NCBI GenBank assembly: GCA_018694295.1
Contig: JABHNK010000006.1
Coordinates: 318 to 64,317 of the forward strand
Direction of reading: 5' to 3'
DNA length: 64,000 nucleotides
Origin: Waddliaceae bacterium
GTDB lineage: Bacteria > Chlamydiota > Chlamydiia > Chlamydiales > JABHNK01
Made by a program: the position numbers and the translations under genes. The stretch's first letter is position 1. Every line of letters begins with the position of its first letter. The notes under the pieces were generated by a model. The model saw only the letters and a program-made list of their open reading frames with translations. It was not told where the DNA came from and searched no databases. Below are positions 1 to 8,966 of the stretch, one piece after another.

Positions 1-747
1 TTAGAAGTTGTGGAAGCGTTAATTGGCAAGGATGCCAAGGTTGATGAGCCTGATAAAGACGGCTTCACCCCTCTTTTTGTAGCAGCCCAGAATGGTCGCG
101 CAGAAGTTGTGAAAGCGTTAATTGCCAAGGGTGCCAAGGTTGACAAGCCCAACAACAGCGGTCGCACCCCTCTTTGGATAGCAGCAGAGGATGGTCGTGT
201 AGAAGTTGTGGAAGCCTTGGTCGGAGGGGGAGCTTCGCCCGACAGGTGCAGTAGACGCGATGACAATCCTTTTTTGTTGGCGGTAAACAACGGTTCTGAG
301 AAGATTATGGAAATTTTAGCGAATGCTTTAATCACAAAAAAAGGGTCGATTGACAAGCCTGATAAATACGGCCAGACTTTTCTTGGGCTAGCGGCTCGTG
401 CTGGCCATAAAGGTGCTGTAGAATCTTTAATCGACAAGGGCGCATCAGTTGACAAGCGTGATCACAAAGGTCGCACCCCTCTTTGGGTAGCAGCAGAGAA
501 TGGTCATGAAGGTGTTGTAAAATATTTAATCGAAAAGGGCGCATCAGTTGACAAGCGTGATCACAAAGGTCGCACGCCCCTTATGTTAGCGGTTCGTCAA
601 GGTCATAAGGGTGTTGTGGAAAAGTTGATAAGGAATGGTGCTGATGTTGGAAAAAGATCTTTCTTGGGCACTACACCGCTAAAAATTGCTTTAAAGAGTG
701 GCTATACAGAAATCGCCGACCTCTTACGCGAGGCCGGAGCCCAGTAA
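1..747 (+). CDS. Ankyrin-repeat protein, 5' end outside the window
   Basis: The frame is already open at nt 1 (LEVVEALIGKDAKVD...), so the track start at 10 is only the first in-window GTG. Tandem ~33-aa units carry the ANK signature G-x-TPL-x-x-AA-x-x-G-h-x-x-VV-x-x-LI-x-KGA-x-VD. Confidence 0.85.
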   Translation, partial: LEVVEALIGKDAKVDEPDKDGFTPLFVAAQNGRAEVVKALIAKGAKVDKPNNSGRTPLWIAAEDGRVEVVEALVGGGASPDRCSRRDDNPFLLAVNNGSEKIMEILANALITKKGSIDKPDKYGQTFLGLAARAGHKGAVESLIDKGASVDKRDHKGRTPLWVAAENGHEGVVKYLIEKGASVDKRDHKGRTPLMLAVRQGHKGVVEKLIRNGADVGKRSFLGTTPLKIALKSGYTEIADLLREAGAQ

Positions 748-1221
748 TAAAGCAGCATTCTTTTTCAAAAAAGCCTTTTTCCAATGGTAGTTGTCCAATA
801 TTCCCGTGGTGTCGCGTCCTAGGATGCTATATGCGACGTATAGCGCTTCTACTGAGGCGAGGCCTGCTTCGGGGTCGGGGCATTCCGTCTGGCATCGCGG
901 GTATGCCGTGGTGTAGCCTTCGGGAAGGCGGCGCCGTGGGATATCGCGAAATTCTGTGGTGTTCTCTACCATTTTCTGTGCATAGCGCCATGTGCCGTCG
1001 ATGAGGACGACGCCTTTGTCACCATCTTTTTCAGAGAGCTCTTCGCCGTCAAGAGACAGAAGTACGTATTTATTGAAGTCGATATCGCCGAAGTCGGGAA
1101 TGGGATACCTGAAGAAAAGCATGTCATCACGCTCCTCGAGGCCTCGAAGAGAGCATTTTTTTAGGTTTTCCTTGCGATGACGAAGGATAATGGTTGGCGG
1201 AAAAGATGGTATCATATACAA
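724..1221 (-). CDS. DTW-domain protein (tRNA-uridine aminocarboxypropyltransferase family)
   Basis: 165 aa. LIDGTWRYAQKM contains the D-x-T-W signature of DTW-domain (TapT/DTWD-like) proteins. The 3' end overlaps the convergent ankyrin gene by 24 nt. Confidence 0.6.
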   Translation of the reverse strand: MYMIPSFPPTIILRHRKENLKKCSLRGLEERDDMLFFRYPIPDFGDIDFNKYVLLSLDGEELSEKDGDKGVVLIDGTWRYAQKMVENTTEFRDIPRRRLPEGYTTAYPRCQTECPDPEAGLASVEALYVAYSILGRDTTGILDNYHWKKAFLKKNAALLLGSGLA

Positions 1222-1291
1222 AAGATTTGATGGTAATATAACGTATTATACCTCATCGAAGAGTTTTGTTACAAACTATAGGAGAGTCGCA

Positions 1292-2329
1292 ATGAAGAAG
1301 ATTATAACTATGATGTCAGCGGTGTTATGCCTTATAGCATATGGCGCCTATGCTGAAGATGGGAAAATAGCATGGATTGCCGACTATGACGAAGCTCTCG
1401 ACATAGCACGTAACGACGATAAGCCTCTCTTTATCTTCTTCAACGGCGCCGACTGGAGCGAGTGGTGCGAGAAGCTCGAAGAAGAAGTCTTTAAAACCAC
1501 GGAATTTGTCGAAGACACTAGCGACGCCTTCATCTTCGCTAAGATAGACTTCCCCAAAGATAAAAGCATCGCCCGCGAAGACCTTGCTAATAACAAAGCT
1601 GTAAGGGAAAAATTCAACGTCTCATCATTCCCTACCGTCGTCGTCGTCGATAGCGAAGAACGTAAAGTCGTTGTCATGGGATACCGCCCCGGTGGCGGCA
1701 AGGAATATGCTGATGCTCTATTAAGAAACTGGGAAGAATACTCTACGCTGGCCAATGCCGTCAAAGATATGAAAAACACCCGACTAACGACGAAGCAACT
1801 AGAAGACCTTTTCAAAGAAGCTAAAGCTTTCGGCGCCGAAGAATATGCCGATATGTTCATCGCCGAAGGCATAAGACGTATCGACAACGCTTTCTTCTTG
1901 CTAGAGAAATACCGTAGCAACGTACAGAATGGCAATATCGACGATATCGATGTAAGAGCATTACGGAATATCCTCGCCGAAGACAACCCCAACAACGAAA
2001 ACAACGTACAATATAACCTCGCCGTAATAGACTTCCAGGCGCGCATTGCCGGCGCCACAGCAGGGGATATCGATAAAGCACTAAAACCATTGATAACATA
2101 CCTCGATACCTTCGGCGCAGAAGATCGAGAGACAGCATGGCGCGTGACAATGACGATAGCACAGGTCTTCCACGACAATAATATGATAGAACAAGCTCTG
2201 AAATATGCACAGACATGCTACGAAACAGCACCCGAAGATATGAAAGACCGTATCGCCGAAGCGATAGATTTCATGGAAAAAAGCTCACCAAACACCAAAA
2301 TCAAAGAACTTACACTGCTTGAGCAGTGA
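1292..2329 (+). CDS. Secreted thioredoxin-fold protein (Thioredoxin_7/DUF255-like) with helical C-terminal domain
   Basis: I prefer the in-frame ATG at 1292, which has GGAGAG just upstream. It yields the signal-peptide-like MKKIITMMSAVLCLIAYGAYA. DDKPLFIFFNGADWSEWCEKLEEEVF resembles the thioredoxin-fold active-site region but has WSEWC instead of CxxC. Confidence 0.6.
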   Translation: MKKIITMMSAVLCLIAYGAYAEDGKIAWIADYDEALDIARNDDKPLFIFFNGADWSEWCEKLEEEVFKTTEFVEDTSDAFIFAKIDFPKDKSIAREDLANNKAVREKFNVSSFPTVVVVDSEERKVVVMGYRPGGGKEYADALLRNWEEYSTLANAVKDMKNTRLTTKQLEDLFKEAKAFGAEEYADMFIAEGIRRIDNAFFLLEKYRSNVQNGNIDDIDVRALRNILAEDNPNNENNVQYNLAVIDFQARIAGATAGDIDKALKPLITYLDTFGAEDRETAWRVTMTIAQVFHDNNMIEQALKYAQTCYETAPEDMKDRIAEAIDFMEKSSPNTKIKELTLLEQ

Positions 2330-2563
2330 GTTCGGAGTTCGGAGTAGGATTTTTCTACCACGGAGCCACGGAGGACACAGAGAAAAAGAACTGGCTGGGG
2401 GATTCCCCCAGGCCCCCATTTCTGAACGGTTGAATGGCGATCTTTTTAAAATTTTCGGGGTTCTAGGGGTGACACCCCTAGCTAGTGCTGTTCTTCACTT
2501 TTTTTTAAACTTTTGTTCTCCGTGTCCTCCGTGGCTCCGTGGTAAAAAATCGGAGTTTGGAGC
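2330..2563 (+). repeat. Family-A composite palindromic element, full copy A1
   Basis: Starts 1 nt after the stop at 2329. Layout: GTTCGGA GTTCGGA tail, AGGATTTTT, CCACGGAG-CCACGGAG-GACACAGAG arm, hairpins CTGGGGGATTCCCCCAG and CTAGGGGTGACACCCCTAG, then a mirror arm TTCTCCGTGTCCTCCGTGGCTCCGTGGTAAAAAATC. The arms are near-perfect reverse complements over about 38 nt. Confidence 0.85.
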
Positions 2564-2567
2564 TTTT

Positions 2568-2915
2568 TTACTGATCAGTGATTATTGACTTCAGATCACT
2601 GGCGATGTCGGAGGCTGAGGCATTGTGAGCTTTGGAGCGTGGGCGGACATTGACGACGAGGCCTTTGGGAAGCTCGTGCTGCATAAGACGGAACGCCTCA
2701 CGGACAAGACGTTTGAGCCTGTTGCGTTGATGGGCTTTGCCATAGCGGCGGGAGACGGTAAGCCCAAGGCGTGGTAGTGAAGAAGAGCTCTCGTCGATAT
2801 AGACGTCAGCGATACAATATACGCCGACGCGCCTGTCACCCTTGCGTGATATCATACGATATTCTCCGCGAGACACTACACGTAACAGACGAGAGAAAAA
2901 GAACCTTAAACTCAT
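2568..2915 (-). CDS. rnpA: Ribonuclease P protein component
   Basis: 115 aa and basic. [17 protein letters not shown] matches the RNase P protein RNR motif region. It lies immediately downstream of rpmH, the canonical arrangement. Confidence 0.85.
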   Translation of the reverse strand: MSLRFFFSRLLRVVSRGEYRMISRKGDRRVGVYCIADVYIDESSSSLPRLGLTVSRRYGKAHQRNRLKRLVREAFRLMQHELPKGLVVNVRPRSKAHNASASDIASDLKSIITDQ

Positions 2916-2929
2916 GATTGCGGCCTAGG

Positions 2930-3064
2930 TTAGGCGCTTAATGTCTTGCGGCCTTCTCTGCGACGGCTGTTGATAATCTTTCTGCCGCTGGCGGTTTTCA
3001 TGCGTGCACGGAAGCCGTGTTTTGCTTTGCGACGAAGGTTGCTTGGTTGATATGTTCGTTTCAT
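2930..3064 (-). CDS. rpmH: 50S ribosomal protein L34
   Basis: Not in the ORF track (<60 aa). Hand translation gives [44 protein letters not shown] then stop: 135 nt, ATG at 3064-3062, TAA at 2932-2930. Confidence 0.95.
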   Translation of the reverse strand: MKRTYQPSNLRRKAKHGFRARMKTASGRKIINSRRREGRKTLSA

Positions 3065-3242
3065 TGTGGTATTCCTTTAAAATGATATATATAAAAACAA
3101 TACGAAACTATAACCGATATCATGAATATTTCTCAAGAAAATAAAATATCTTCTCTCTACAGAGAAAAACGTTGAAAATAAATTGCTCTACATGTTATCA
3201 CTATACATTAACTTTTTACATTTCTGAGGACGGAAAAGAACA

Positions 3243-3407
3243 ATGAAAGTACGAGCATCAGTAAAAGCCGACCCATCTAAAGGGGATAAGGTTGTACGGC
3301 GCAAAGGCCGTGTATATATCATCAACAAAAAAGACCCACGTCGCAAGCAGCGACAAAAGGGTCCTGCACGAGTAACGCGAGTAACGCGACCAACGCGAGC
3401 AAATTAA
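3243..3407 (+). CDS. rpmJ: 50S ribosomal protein L36, Cys-less chlamydial type, with a repeat-derived C-terminal tail
   Basis: Not in the ORF track. Translates [54 protein letters not shown]. The first ~42 aa match the non-zinc L36 form I recall from Chlamydia. rpsN follows 17 nt downstream. Confidence 0.9.
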   Translation: MKVRASVKADPSKGDKVVRRKGRVYIINKKDPRRKQRQKGPARVTRVTRPTRAN

Positions 3408-3424
3408 GGGAAAATAAAGACACT

Positions 3425-3730
3425 ATGGCTAAGAAATCTTCGATAGCAAAACAAAAAAGACGTGAGCGCCTTGTGCAGCTCAAATGGGAGAAGCGACAGG
3501 GGCTTAAAGCTCTTATCAAAAATCTAGATACCACTCCTGAAGAACGCTATGATGCGCAGGTGACTCTTAATAAGATGTCGCCTAATGGATCGACAGTTCG
3601 CCTACGCAACCGCTGCCAGATGACTGGACGCGCCCGCGGTAACCTCAACAAGTTCAAGATCTCGCGAATATGTTTCCGCGAACTTGCTTCACGAGGGATG
3701 ATACCAGGAGTGCAGAAGGCAAGCTGGTAA
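3425..3730 (+). CDS. rpsN: 30S ribosomal protein S14
   Basis: 101 aa. [14 protein letters not shown]...[43 protein letters not shown] is the canonical long-form S14. Confidence 0.95.
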   Translation: MAKKSSIAKQKRRERLVQLKWEKRQGLKALIKNLDTTPEERYDAQVTLNKMSPNGSTVRLRNRCQMTGRARGNLNKFKISRICFRELASRGMIPGVQKASW

Positions 3731-3759
3731 CCACAACGAAATACTTCTTTATAGAAGGC

Positions 3760-3802
3760 GCCAAGACAGCAGAATTCCACCTGTTTGTCTTGGCTTTTTT
3801 TT
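3760..3802 (+). terminator. Rho-independent terminator after rpsN
   Basis: GCCAAGAC(AG)...(CTGTTT)GTCTTGGC stem followed by T8 (3795-3802), 30 nt after the rpsN stop. Confidence 0.7.
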
Positions 3803-3838
3803 ACATATGATTTATAAAAGATCGAAAAGCTCGAGGAA

Positions 3839-4135
3839 ATGATTATGGATGCTCTTGGAGAAGTGGGATATATTGAAGAGCTTGCGTCACGTAATGCAGC
3901 AGCAATAGAAGCAGACGCTCAAGAACTTCAGGTTGTTGAAAAACCTGATCCCGCTGTTCCTGCTTTTGTTCCAGATGTTCCTGAAACAGATAGATCGATT
4001 CAAAAGACTGTATTAAGAATATTTGAAAGATACATAAGAAGACCATTGGTATCTTGTTTGGGATCGTTAAGGCAACGTGGCGTAAGAAAACATGCTACTC
4101 AAGAACTTCAGGTTGTTGAAAAAGGACTGAAATAG
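3839..4135 (+). CDS. Hypothetical protein containing a 26-bp perfect direct repeat
   Basis: 98-aa ORF with no recognisable domain. QELQVVEK is encoded twice by identical DNA (3918-3943 and 4098-4123). Confidence 0.35.
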   Translation: MIMDALGEVGYIEELASRNAAAIEADAQELQVVEKPDPAVPAFVPDVPETDRSIQKTVLRIFERYIRRPLVSCLGSLRQRGVRKHATQELQVVEKGLK

Positions 4136-4193
4136 ACTAGACTTTGAGAAAAGCGACTATTAAGAGAATAACAAACTACAAGGAGATATTACG

Positions 4194-4778
4194 ATGTCGA
4201 AATTATTTTTCCGCCACGGCGCCATGGGTAGCAGCAAGACCGCTAACGCTCTGATGGTACAATACAACTACAGTGAGAAGGGACAGAATGCTGTGCTGTT
4301 CAAGCCCGCCACAGACACACGCGATGGTGTCGCTGCCGTGAAGTCGCGGATGGGACTCGAAGCCAATGCTTTCGTAATACAAAACAACGATAATGTAAAA
4401 GATATGATATCCTCCATGCTCAAAGAAGGTGAAACAATAGACTGTATCATCGTCGATGAGTCGCAGTTCCTCACCGCCGACCATATCCTACAGCTTAGCG
4501 AGGTCGTCGATGATATCGATATCCCCGTGATATGTTACGGACTCAGGACAGACTTCATGGGAAACCTCTTCGAAGGCAGCAAAAAGCTTATGGAGTTTGC
4601 TAACGTCATCGAAGAAGTCAAGACGATATGCTGGTGTGGCAGTAAAGCTATAATGAATGCACGAGTCGTCGATGGCAACGTAGTAAAACACGGAGAACAG
4701 ATACAGATTGGTGGTAACGAATCGTATGTAAGCCTATGCCGCAAACACTGGAAGTCAGGAAAGCTAGGCGAGCATTGA
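4194..4778 (+). CDS. tdk: Thymidine kinase
   Basis: 194 aa with a P-loop (GAMGSSKTANAL), VDESQFL, and the C-terminal zinc-ribbon pattern ICWCG...LCRKHW typical of type II thymidine kinases. Confidence 0.9.
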   Translation: MSKLFFRHGAMGSSKTANALMVQYNYSEKGQNAVLFKPATDTRDGVAAVKSRMGLEANAFVIQNNDNVKDMISSMLKEGETIDCIIVDESQFLTADHILQLSEVVDDIDIPVICYGLRTDFMGNLFEGSKKLMEFANVIEEVKTICWCGSKAIMNARVVDGNVVKHGEQIQIGGNESYVSLCRKHWKSGKLGEH

Positions 4779-4797
4779 GATGCGGCTACGCCGAATA

Positions 4798-5094
4798 GTT
4801 CGGATTTCGGAATAGGATTTTTGCCACAGAGGACACAGAGGGATCACAGAGGATACACAGAGAAGGCGGCGGAAGGGCTAGGGGTTTCACCCCTAGAACC
4901 CCGAGGATTTTAAAAAGTTCACCGTTTACCGTTCAAAAACGGGGGTCTGGGGGAGGTTCCCCCAGCCATATTCTTTTTTTCTCTGTGAGGCCTCTGTGGT
5001 TCCTCTGTGTCCTCTGTGGCAAAATTGGGGTTTTAGCTTCGGAATTCTGTTCCGAACTCATTGAGCATTGAGCGCTCTCTGTGGTAAAAAAAAC
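4798..5094 (-). repeat. Family-A element, full copy A2 (core inverted relative to A1)
   Basis: GTTCGGATTTCGGAATAGGATTTTTGCCACAGAG GACACAGAG...CACAGAG arm, then CTAGGGGTTTCACCCCTAG, CCGTTCAAAAACGG, CTGGGGGAGGTTCCCCCAG, four CTCTGTG units, then CCGAAC/CATTGAG heptamers and a terminal CTCTCTGTGGTAAAAAAAAC. Confidence 0.85.
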
Positions 5095-5111
5095 AATGGT
5101 GAGTAATACCT

Positions 5112-6188
5112 GTGGATAAAAAAAAGAAAAAAACAGTAGTAGTTGGGATGTCGGGGGGAGTCGACTCCTCGGTGGCGGCGCTTATCCTCAAAGAGCAAGG
5201 ATATAACGTCATCGGCATGTTTATGAAAAACTGGGACGATACCGCCGACGAAGAATGTCCCGCCGCTGAAGACCACGACGATGTCGTAGCAATATGCGAG
5301 CAGATAGATATACCTTTCTATACCGTAAACTTCACGAAAGAATATTGGGATAACGTCTTCGAATCGTTCCTAGAAGACTGTAAGAAGGGGATAACACCAA
5401 ACCCCGATGTCCTATGCAACAGAGAGATAAAATTTAAGGTCTTCCTAGAAAAAGCAATGGAACTCGGCGCCGATTACCTCGCTACAGGACACTACTGCCG
5501 TAACATCATCGTCGATGGCAAAAATATGCTCGCCAGAGGTGTCGATAACAACAAAGACCAAAGCTATTTCCTATACACAATAAAAAGCGCGATATTAGAA
5601 AAGGTGCTGTTCCCCATAGGAGAGCTAAAAAAAGATGAAGTGCGACGTATCGCCGAAAAACATGACCTGGCGACAGCAAAAAAGAAAGATAGCATGGGGA
5701 TATGCTTCATAGGGAAACGCAACTTCAAAGAATTCGTAGGGAAATATCTAGGATTCTCGAAAGGGGAATTCCAAAAACTCGACGGCACAATCGTAGGAAA
5801 TCACGACGGTATAGCATATTACACAATAGGACAACGTAAAGGCCTCGGCATCGGTGGACCAGGAGAACCTTGGTTCGTAGTAGAAAAAGATCCAGAGAAG
5901 AATGTCGTATACGTCGAACAAGGAGAAGATCACCCTGCATTATATAGCAGCAAACTTACTGCTAAAGAAATATCGTGGGTAGGGGATAAACCAAAAACTA
6001 TTCCATATAAATGCACCGCTAAAATCCGATACCGACAAGCCGATGCACCATGCACCATCACAATATTATCAGACCATGAGGTAGAGGTGGAATTCGACGC
6101 CACACAAAAAGCCGTAACGCCAGGACAGTCAGTCGTTTTCTACGACGGCGAGCTTTGCCTCGGCGGAGCGGTAATCATTGGACATTGA
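5112..6188 (+). CDS. mnmA: tRNA-specific 2-thiouridylase
   Basis: 358 aa. The PP-loop [15 protein letters not shown] and conserved blocks [18 protein letters not shown] and GICFIG are typical of MnmA. GTG start. Confidence 0.95.
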   Translation: MDKKKKKTVVVGMSGGVDSSVAALILKEQGYNVIGMFMKNWDDTADEECPAAEDHDDVVAICEQIDIPFYTVNFTKEYWDNVFESFLEDCKKGITPNPDVLCNREIKFKVFLEKAMELGADYLATGHYCRNIIVDGKNMLARGVDNNKDQSYFLYTIKSAILEKVLFPIGELKKDEVRRIAEKHDLATAKKKDSMGICFIGKRNFKEFVGKYLGFSKGEFQKLDGTIVGNHDGIAYYTIGQRKGLGIGGPGEPWFVVEKDPEKNVVYVEQGEDHPALYSSKLTAKEISWVGDKPKTIPYKCTAKIRYRQADAPCTITILSDHEVEVEFDATQKAVTPGQSVVFYDGELCLGGAVIIGH

Positions 6189-6228
6189 ACAGTTATCATT
6201 GATCATTGATAAGTGAGTTTGAAAAAAT

Positions 6229-6277
6229 GTTCAATGTTCAATGTTCAATGTTCAATGTTCAATGCTCATTGTTCAAT
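6229..6277. repeat. Heptanucleotide tandem array (GTTCAAT)5-GCTCATT-GTTCAAT
   Basis: Read directly. It is preceded by CAGTTAT CATTGAT CATTGAT units starting right after the mnmA stop (6188). Confidence 0.9.
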
Positions 6278-6280
6278 GAT

Positions 6281-6307
6281 ATGTAATGCAGCTGTGCTGC
6301 ATTACAT
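6281..6307. terminator. Perfect 12-bp hairpin between convergent mnmA and lpdA
   Basis: ATGTAATGCAGC-TGT-GCTGCATTACAT. The 3' arm contains the lpdA stop codon (6302-6304). There is no U-tract on either side, so terminator function is uncertain. Confidence 0.45.
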
Positions 6308-7693
6308 ATGAATCGCTTTCTCATGGGCGGCTAAGGCTGCCTCTTTTATTGCTTCTGACAGCGTGGGGTGTCCGTGAACGGCGTCGCCGATGTCTTTTAT
6401 TGTCGCCTTACGTTTTATTGCCATGATGCCTTCGCCGATGAGTTCTGAGGCATGGGGCCCGAAGATATGCATCCCTATAAGCCTGTCGGAGTTCTTTTCT
6501 CCAATGACTTTCACTATGCCTTCAGTTTCTCCTGAGCATCGCGCTCTGGCATTGGCCTTGAAGGGGAACGTCCCTATTGTTATTTCTAGCCCTGCTTTTA
6601 TTGCCTCTTCTTCGTTGAGGCCTATGCTAGCGACTTCGGGGGTAGTATATATTATGTTGGGGATGGCTAGGTAGTTGACGGAGGCTTTTCCTCCAGCGAT
6701 TATCTCGGCAGTAGCAACACCTTCTTCCGAAGCTTTATGGGCGAGCATAGGACCTTCGATGACATCGCCGATGGCGTAGATATTACTCGTTGACGTCCTG
6801 AAGTTCTCATCTACGGTAAGGAATCCTCGATCGGTAGGCTGTATACCGATATTTTCGAGCCCGAGGTTTTTGGTGTTGGGAGTTCTTCCAACAGCGACGA
6901 TGACGACGTCGCCAGAAAGGAGAGTGCTTTGTTTGTCTTTAGTCGTTATTAGCGAGACGTGCCCTTCGCCGACCTTTCCTCTGGTGACTTCTGTCGCCAT
7001 AGAAAAAGAGATGCCTTGCTGTACAAGAGACTGTTGTAGCATCTTTGCGATGGCGGAGTCGCATCCAGACCCTATAGTGTCGAGGACTTCAACGACGGTG
7101 ACTTCACTGCCAAGCCTGTTGTATATCGATGCCATCTCAAGGCCTACGGCGCCGGCACCGACGATGATAAGACTTTTAGGTATCTCTTGAAGGCTCAAAG
7201 CTTCAGTAGAAGATATGACGTATTTACCGTCGAAAGGAAGGAATGGAAGCTCTGCAGGTTCAGAACCCGTAGCGACGATGATGTTGTCGATATCAATCTG
7301 CTGGTCGCTGTCGGCGATCTTTATTGCGAATTGCGACGCTATATAACCTTTACCCGTTATCACGTCGACATTGTGACGCTTAAGAATTCCGGCAACGCCT
7401 TCAGTAAGACCAGCAACGACCTTGTCTTTGTGTGACATCATAGTTTTTAGATTGGCAGTGAGACCCGAAGCTTCGATACCCATAGCCTTGCCATCGCGGG
7501 AAATTTTGTCGTAATATCCAGTACTGCTTAATAACGTCTTCGTAGGGATACACCCTACGTTGAGGCATGTGCCTCCAAGGGTTTCACGTTGTTCGATACA
7601 GACAGTGCTGAGGCCTAGCCGTGCACAGCGTATAGCAGCAACATATCCTCCAGGGCCTCCGCCGATTACAGCGACATCGTAGTTACTTTTCAT
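6302..7693 (-). CDS. lpdA: Dihydrolipoyl dehydrogenase (E3)
   Basis: 463 aa with the FAD motif VIGGGPGGYVAA, the redox-active GGTCLNVGCIPTK, and the C-terminal HGHPTLSE interface motif. Confidence 0.9.
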   Translation of the reverse strand: MKSNYDVAVIGGGPGGYVAAIRCARLGLSTVCIEQRETLGGTCLNVGCIPTKTLLSSTGYYDKISRDGKAMGIEASGLTANLKTMMSHKDKVVAGLTEGVAGILKRHNVDVITGKGYIASQFAIKIADSDQQIDIDNIIVATGSEPAELPFLPFDGKYVISSTEALSLQEIPKSLIIVGAGAVGLEMASIYNRLGSEVTVVEVLDTIGSGCDSAIAKMLQQSLVQQGISFSMATEVTRGKVGEGHVSLITTKDKQSTLLSGDVVIVAVGRTPNTKNLGLENIGIQPTDRGFLTVDENFRTSTSNIYAIGDVIEGPMLAHKASEEGVATAEIIAGGKASVNYLAIPNIIYTTPEVASIGLNEEEAIKAGLEITIGTFPFKANARARCSGETEGIVKVIGEKNSDRLIGMHIFGPHASELIGEGIMAIKRKATIKDIGDAVHGHPTLSEAIKEAALAAHEKAIHM

Positions 7694-7712
7694 GACACAT
7701 GGTCTCCTAATG

Positions 7713-8945
7713 TTATAGTTCTAAAGCTAAAGATGCAGGGTTTTCAAGGATCTCCTTGATGTGCGTCAAAAATGTTACGGCCTCTTTACCGTCGACGATA
7801 CGATGGTCGTAGGTGAGGGCAAGGTACATCATATCCCTGGCGACGATGGCACCGTCGATGACGACAGGGCGCTTCTGTATAGTATGCATCCCCAATATAG
7901 CACACTGTGGAGGATTGAGGATAGGCGTCGACATCAGAGACCCATAGACACCACCATTGGTGATGGTGAAACCTCCACCCTGAAGGTCTGAAACGTCGAT
8001 GGCGCCATTCTCGGACTTGACGGCATAGTCGATGATGCCGTTCTCGATGTCGGCGAACGACATATCATCGCAGTTGCGTAAAACAGGGACAAAGAGCCCG
8101 CGACTAGTTCCTATTGCGATGCCAATGTCGTAGTATTCTCTCGTTACTATGTCTTCACCGTCGATATAAGAGTTTATCATAGGAAACGTTTCTAGCGCCG
8201 AGACAGCAGCCCTTACGAAGAAAGACATAAACCCTAGCTTCGTGCCATGCTTAGCTTTGAAGGCCTCCTGGAAGGCGCTTCTAAGCGTCATGATCTGTGT
8301 CATATCGACTTCGTTGAACGTCGTAAGCATAGCAGCCTCGTGCTGCGCCTCGACAAGACGCGAAGCGATGACACGGCGTATCTTCGACATCTTCTCCCGC
8401 GATTCTTTGCGTTCCCCAGCGTTGCGCTTTACGGCCTTCCTAGGAGCAGGAGGCACCATATTTTTCTGTGGGGCTTCGGCAGCCTTAGGCTCTTCTTGTT
8501 TTTTTTGCTCTTCAGACTCCTGCGCAACAGGCTTCTGCTCTTCTTCGTCGTTGGGAGATAGAAGATCGTCGAGGAACCTGCCTTTGTCGATACGAGAACC
8601 TTGCTGTTTTGTGTCTTCTAAGGTTTTGTTTTCTTCTTCTGATGGTTTTTCTACCATTATAACCTCTTGTTTTTGTTGTGTATCGTTAACTATGGCGGGA
8701 GCTTCGGCGTGGGCGCTATCGACATGACCGATGACCTGTCCTATTGTGACGGTGTCGTCGACGTTGACACTAAGGGATAGCTTTCCAGCATGGGGAGCAT
8801 ATAGAACCTGGTTGACCTTGTCGGTCTCGAATTCTAAAATCTCTTCATCCTCTGCGACGAAAGCTCCAGACTCTTTTAAGATGGTGCTCACCGTAGCTTC
8901 TGTGATGGATTCTCCCATATGCGGGACTTTTATTTCGGACTTCAT
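7713..8945 (-). CDS. sucB: Dihydrolipoyllysine-residue succinyltransferase (E2 of 2-oxoglutarate dehydrogenase)
   Basis: 410 aa with an N-terminal lipoyl domain (EFETDKV), an acidic/Pro linker, and a catalytic domain ending [17 protein letters not shown]. Lies between sucA and lpdA. Confidence 0.9.
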   Translation of the reverse strand: MKSEIKVPHMGESITEATVSTILKESGAFVAEDEEILEFETDKVNQVLYAPHAGKLSLSVNVDDTVTIGQVIGHVDSAHAEAPAIVNDTQQKQEVIMVEKPSEEENKTLEDTKQQGSRIDKGRFLDDLLSPNDEEEQKPVAQESEEQKKQEEPKAAEAPQKNMVPPAPRKAVKRNAGERKESREKMSKIRRVIASRLVEAQHEAAMLTTFNEVDMTQIMTLRSAFQEAFKAKHGTKLGFMSFFVRAAVSALETFPMINSYIDGEDIVTREYYDIGIAIGTSRGLFVPVLRNCDDMSFADIENGIIDYAVKSENGAIDVSDLQGGGFTITNGGVYGSLMSTPILNPPQCAILGMHTIQKRPVVIDGAIVARDMMYLALTYDHRIVDGKEAVTFLTHIKEILENPASLALEL

Positions 8946-8966
8946 AATTTCGTTGTTCCTTAGTTT

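Noticed and set aside
1384-2178. Long antisense or alternate-frame ORFs inside well-supported genes: 1384-2178 -, 8242-8727 +, 9976-10422 +, 11224-11679 +, 23530-24096 -, 28761-29153 -, 29337-29789 -, 46114-46872 -, 47904-48296 -, 58973-59377 -, 62429-62839 -.
   Set aside because: Each lies wholly within a gene with strong family-level evidence or a giant uninterrupted frame. Their compositions are the low-complexity mirror of the sense strand.
2319-2588. ORFs in the track that read through family-A repeats: 2319-2588 +, 5033-5218 -, 5058-5276 -, 32044-32286 +, 55018-55230 +, 55191-55535 +. Some end in similar peptides (FFSVFSVAPW / FFLSVFSVALW).
   Set aside because: The similarity is a by-product of translating the same repeated DNA. 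There are no SD sequences, they lie in intergenic spacers, and they overlap hairpins. I treat them as non-coding.
6189-6277. CRISPR array, considered for the regular short repeats here and at 32177, 35028, 53088 and 55124.
   Set aside because: The units are 7 nt and directly abutting with no spacers. There are no 25-40-nt repeats and no cas genes in the window.
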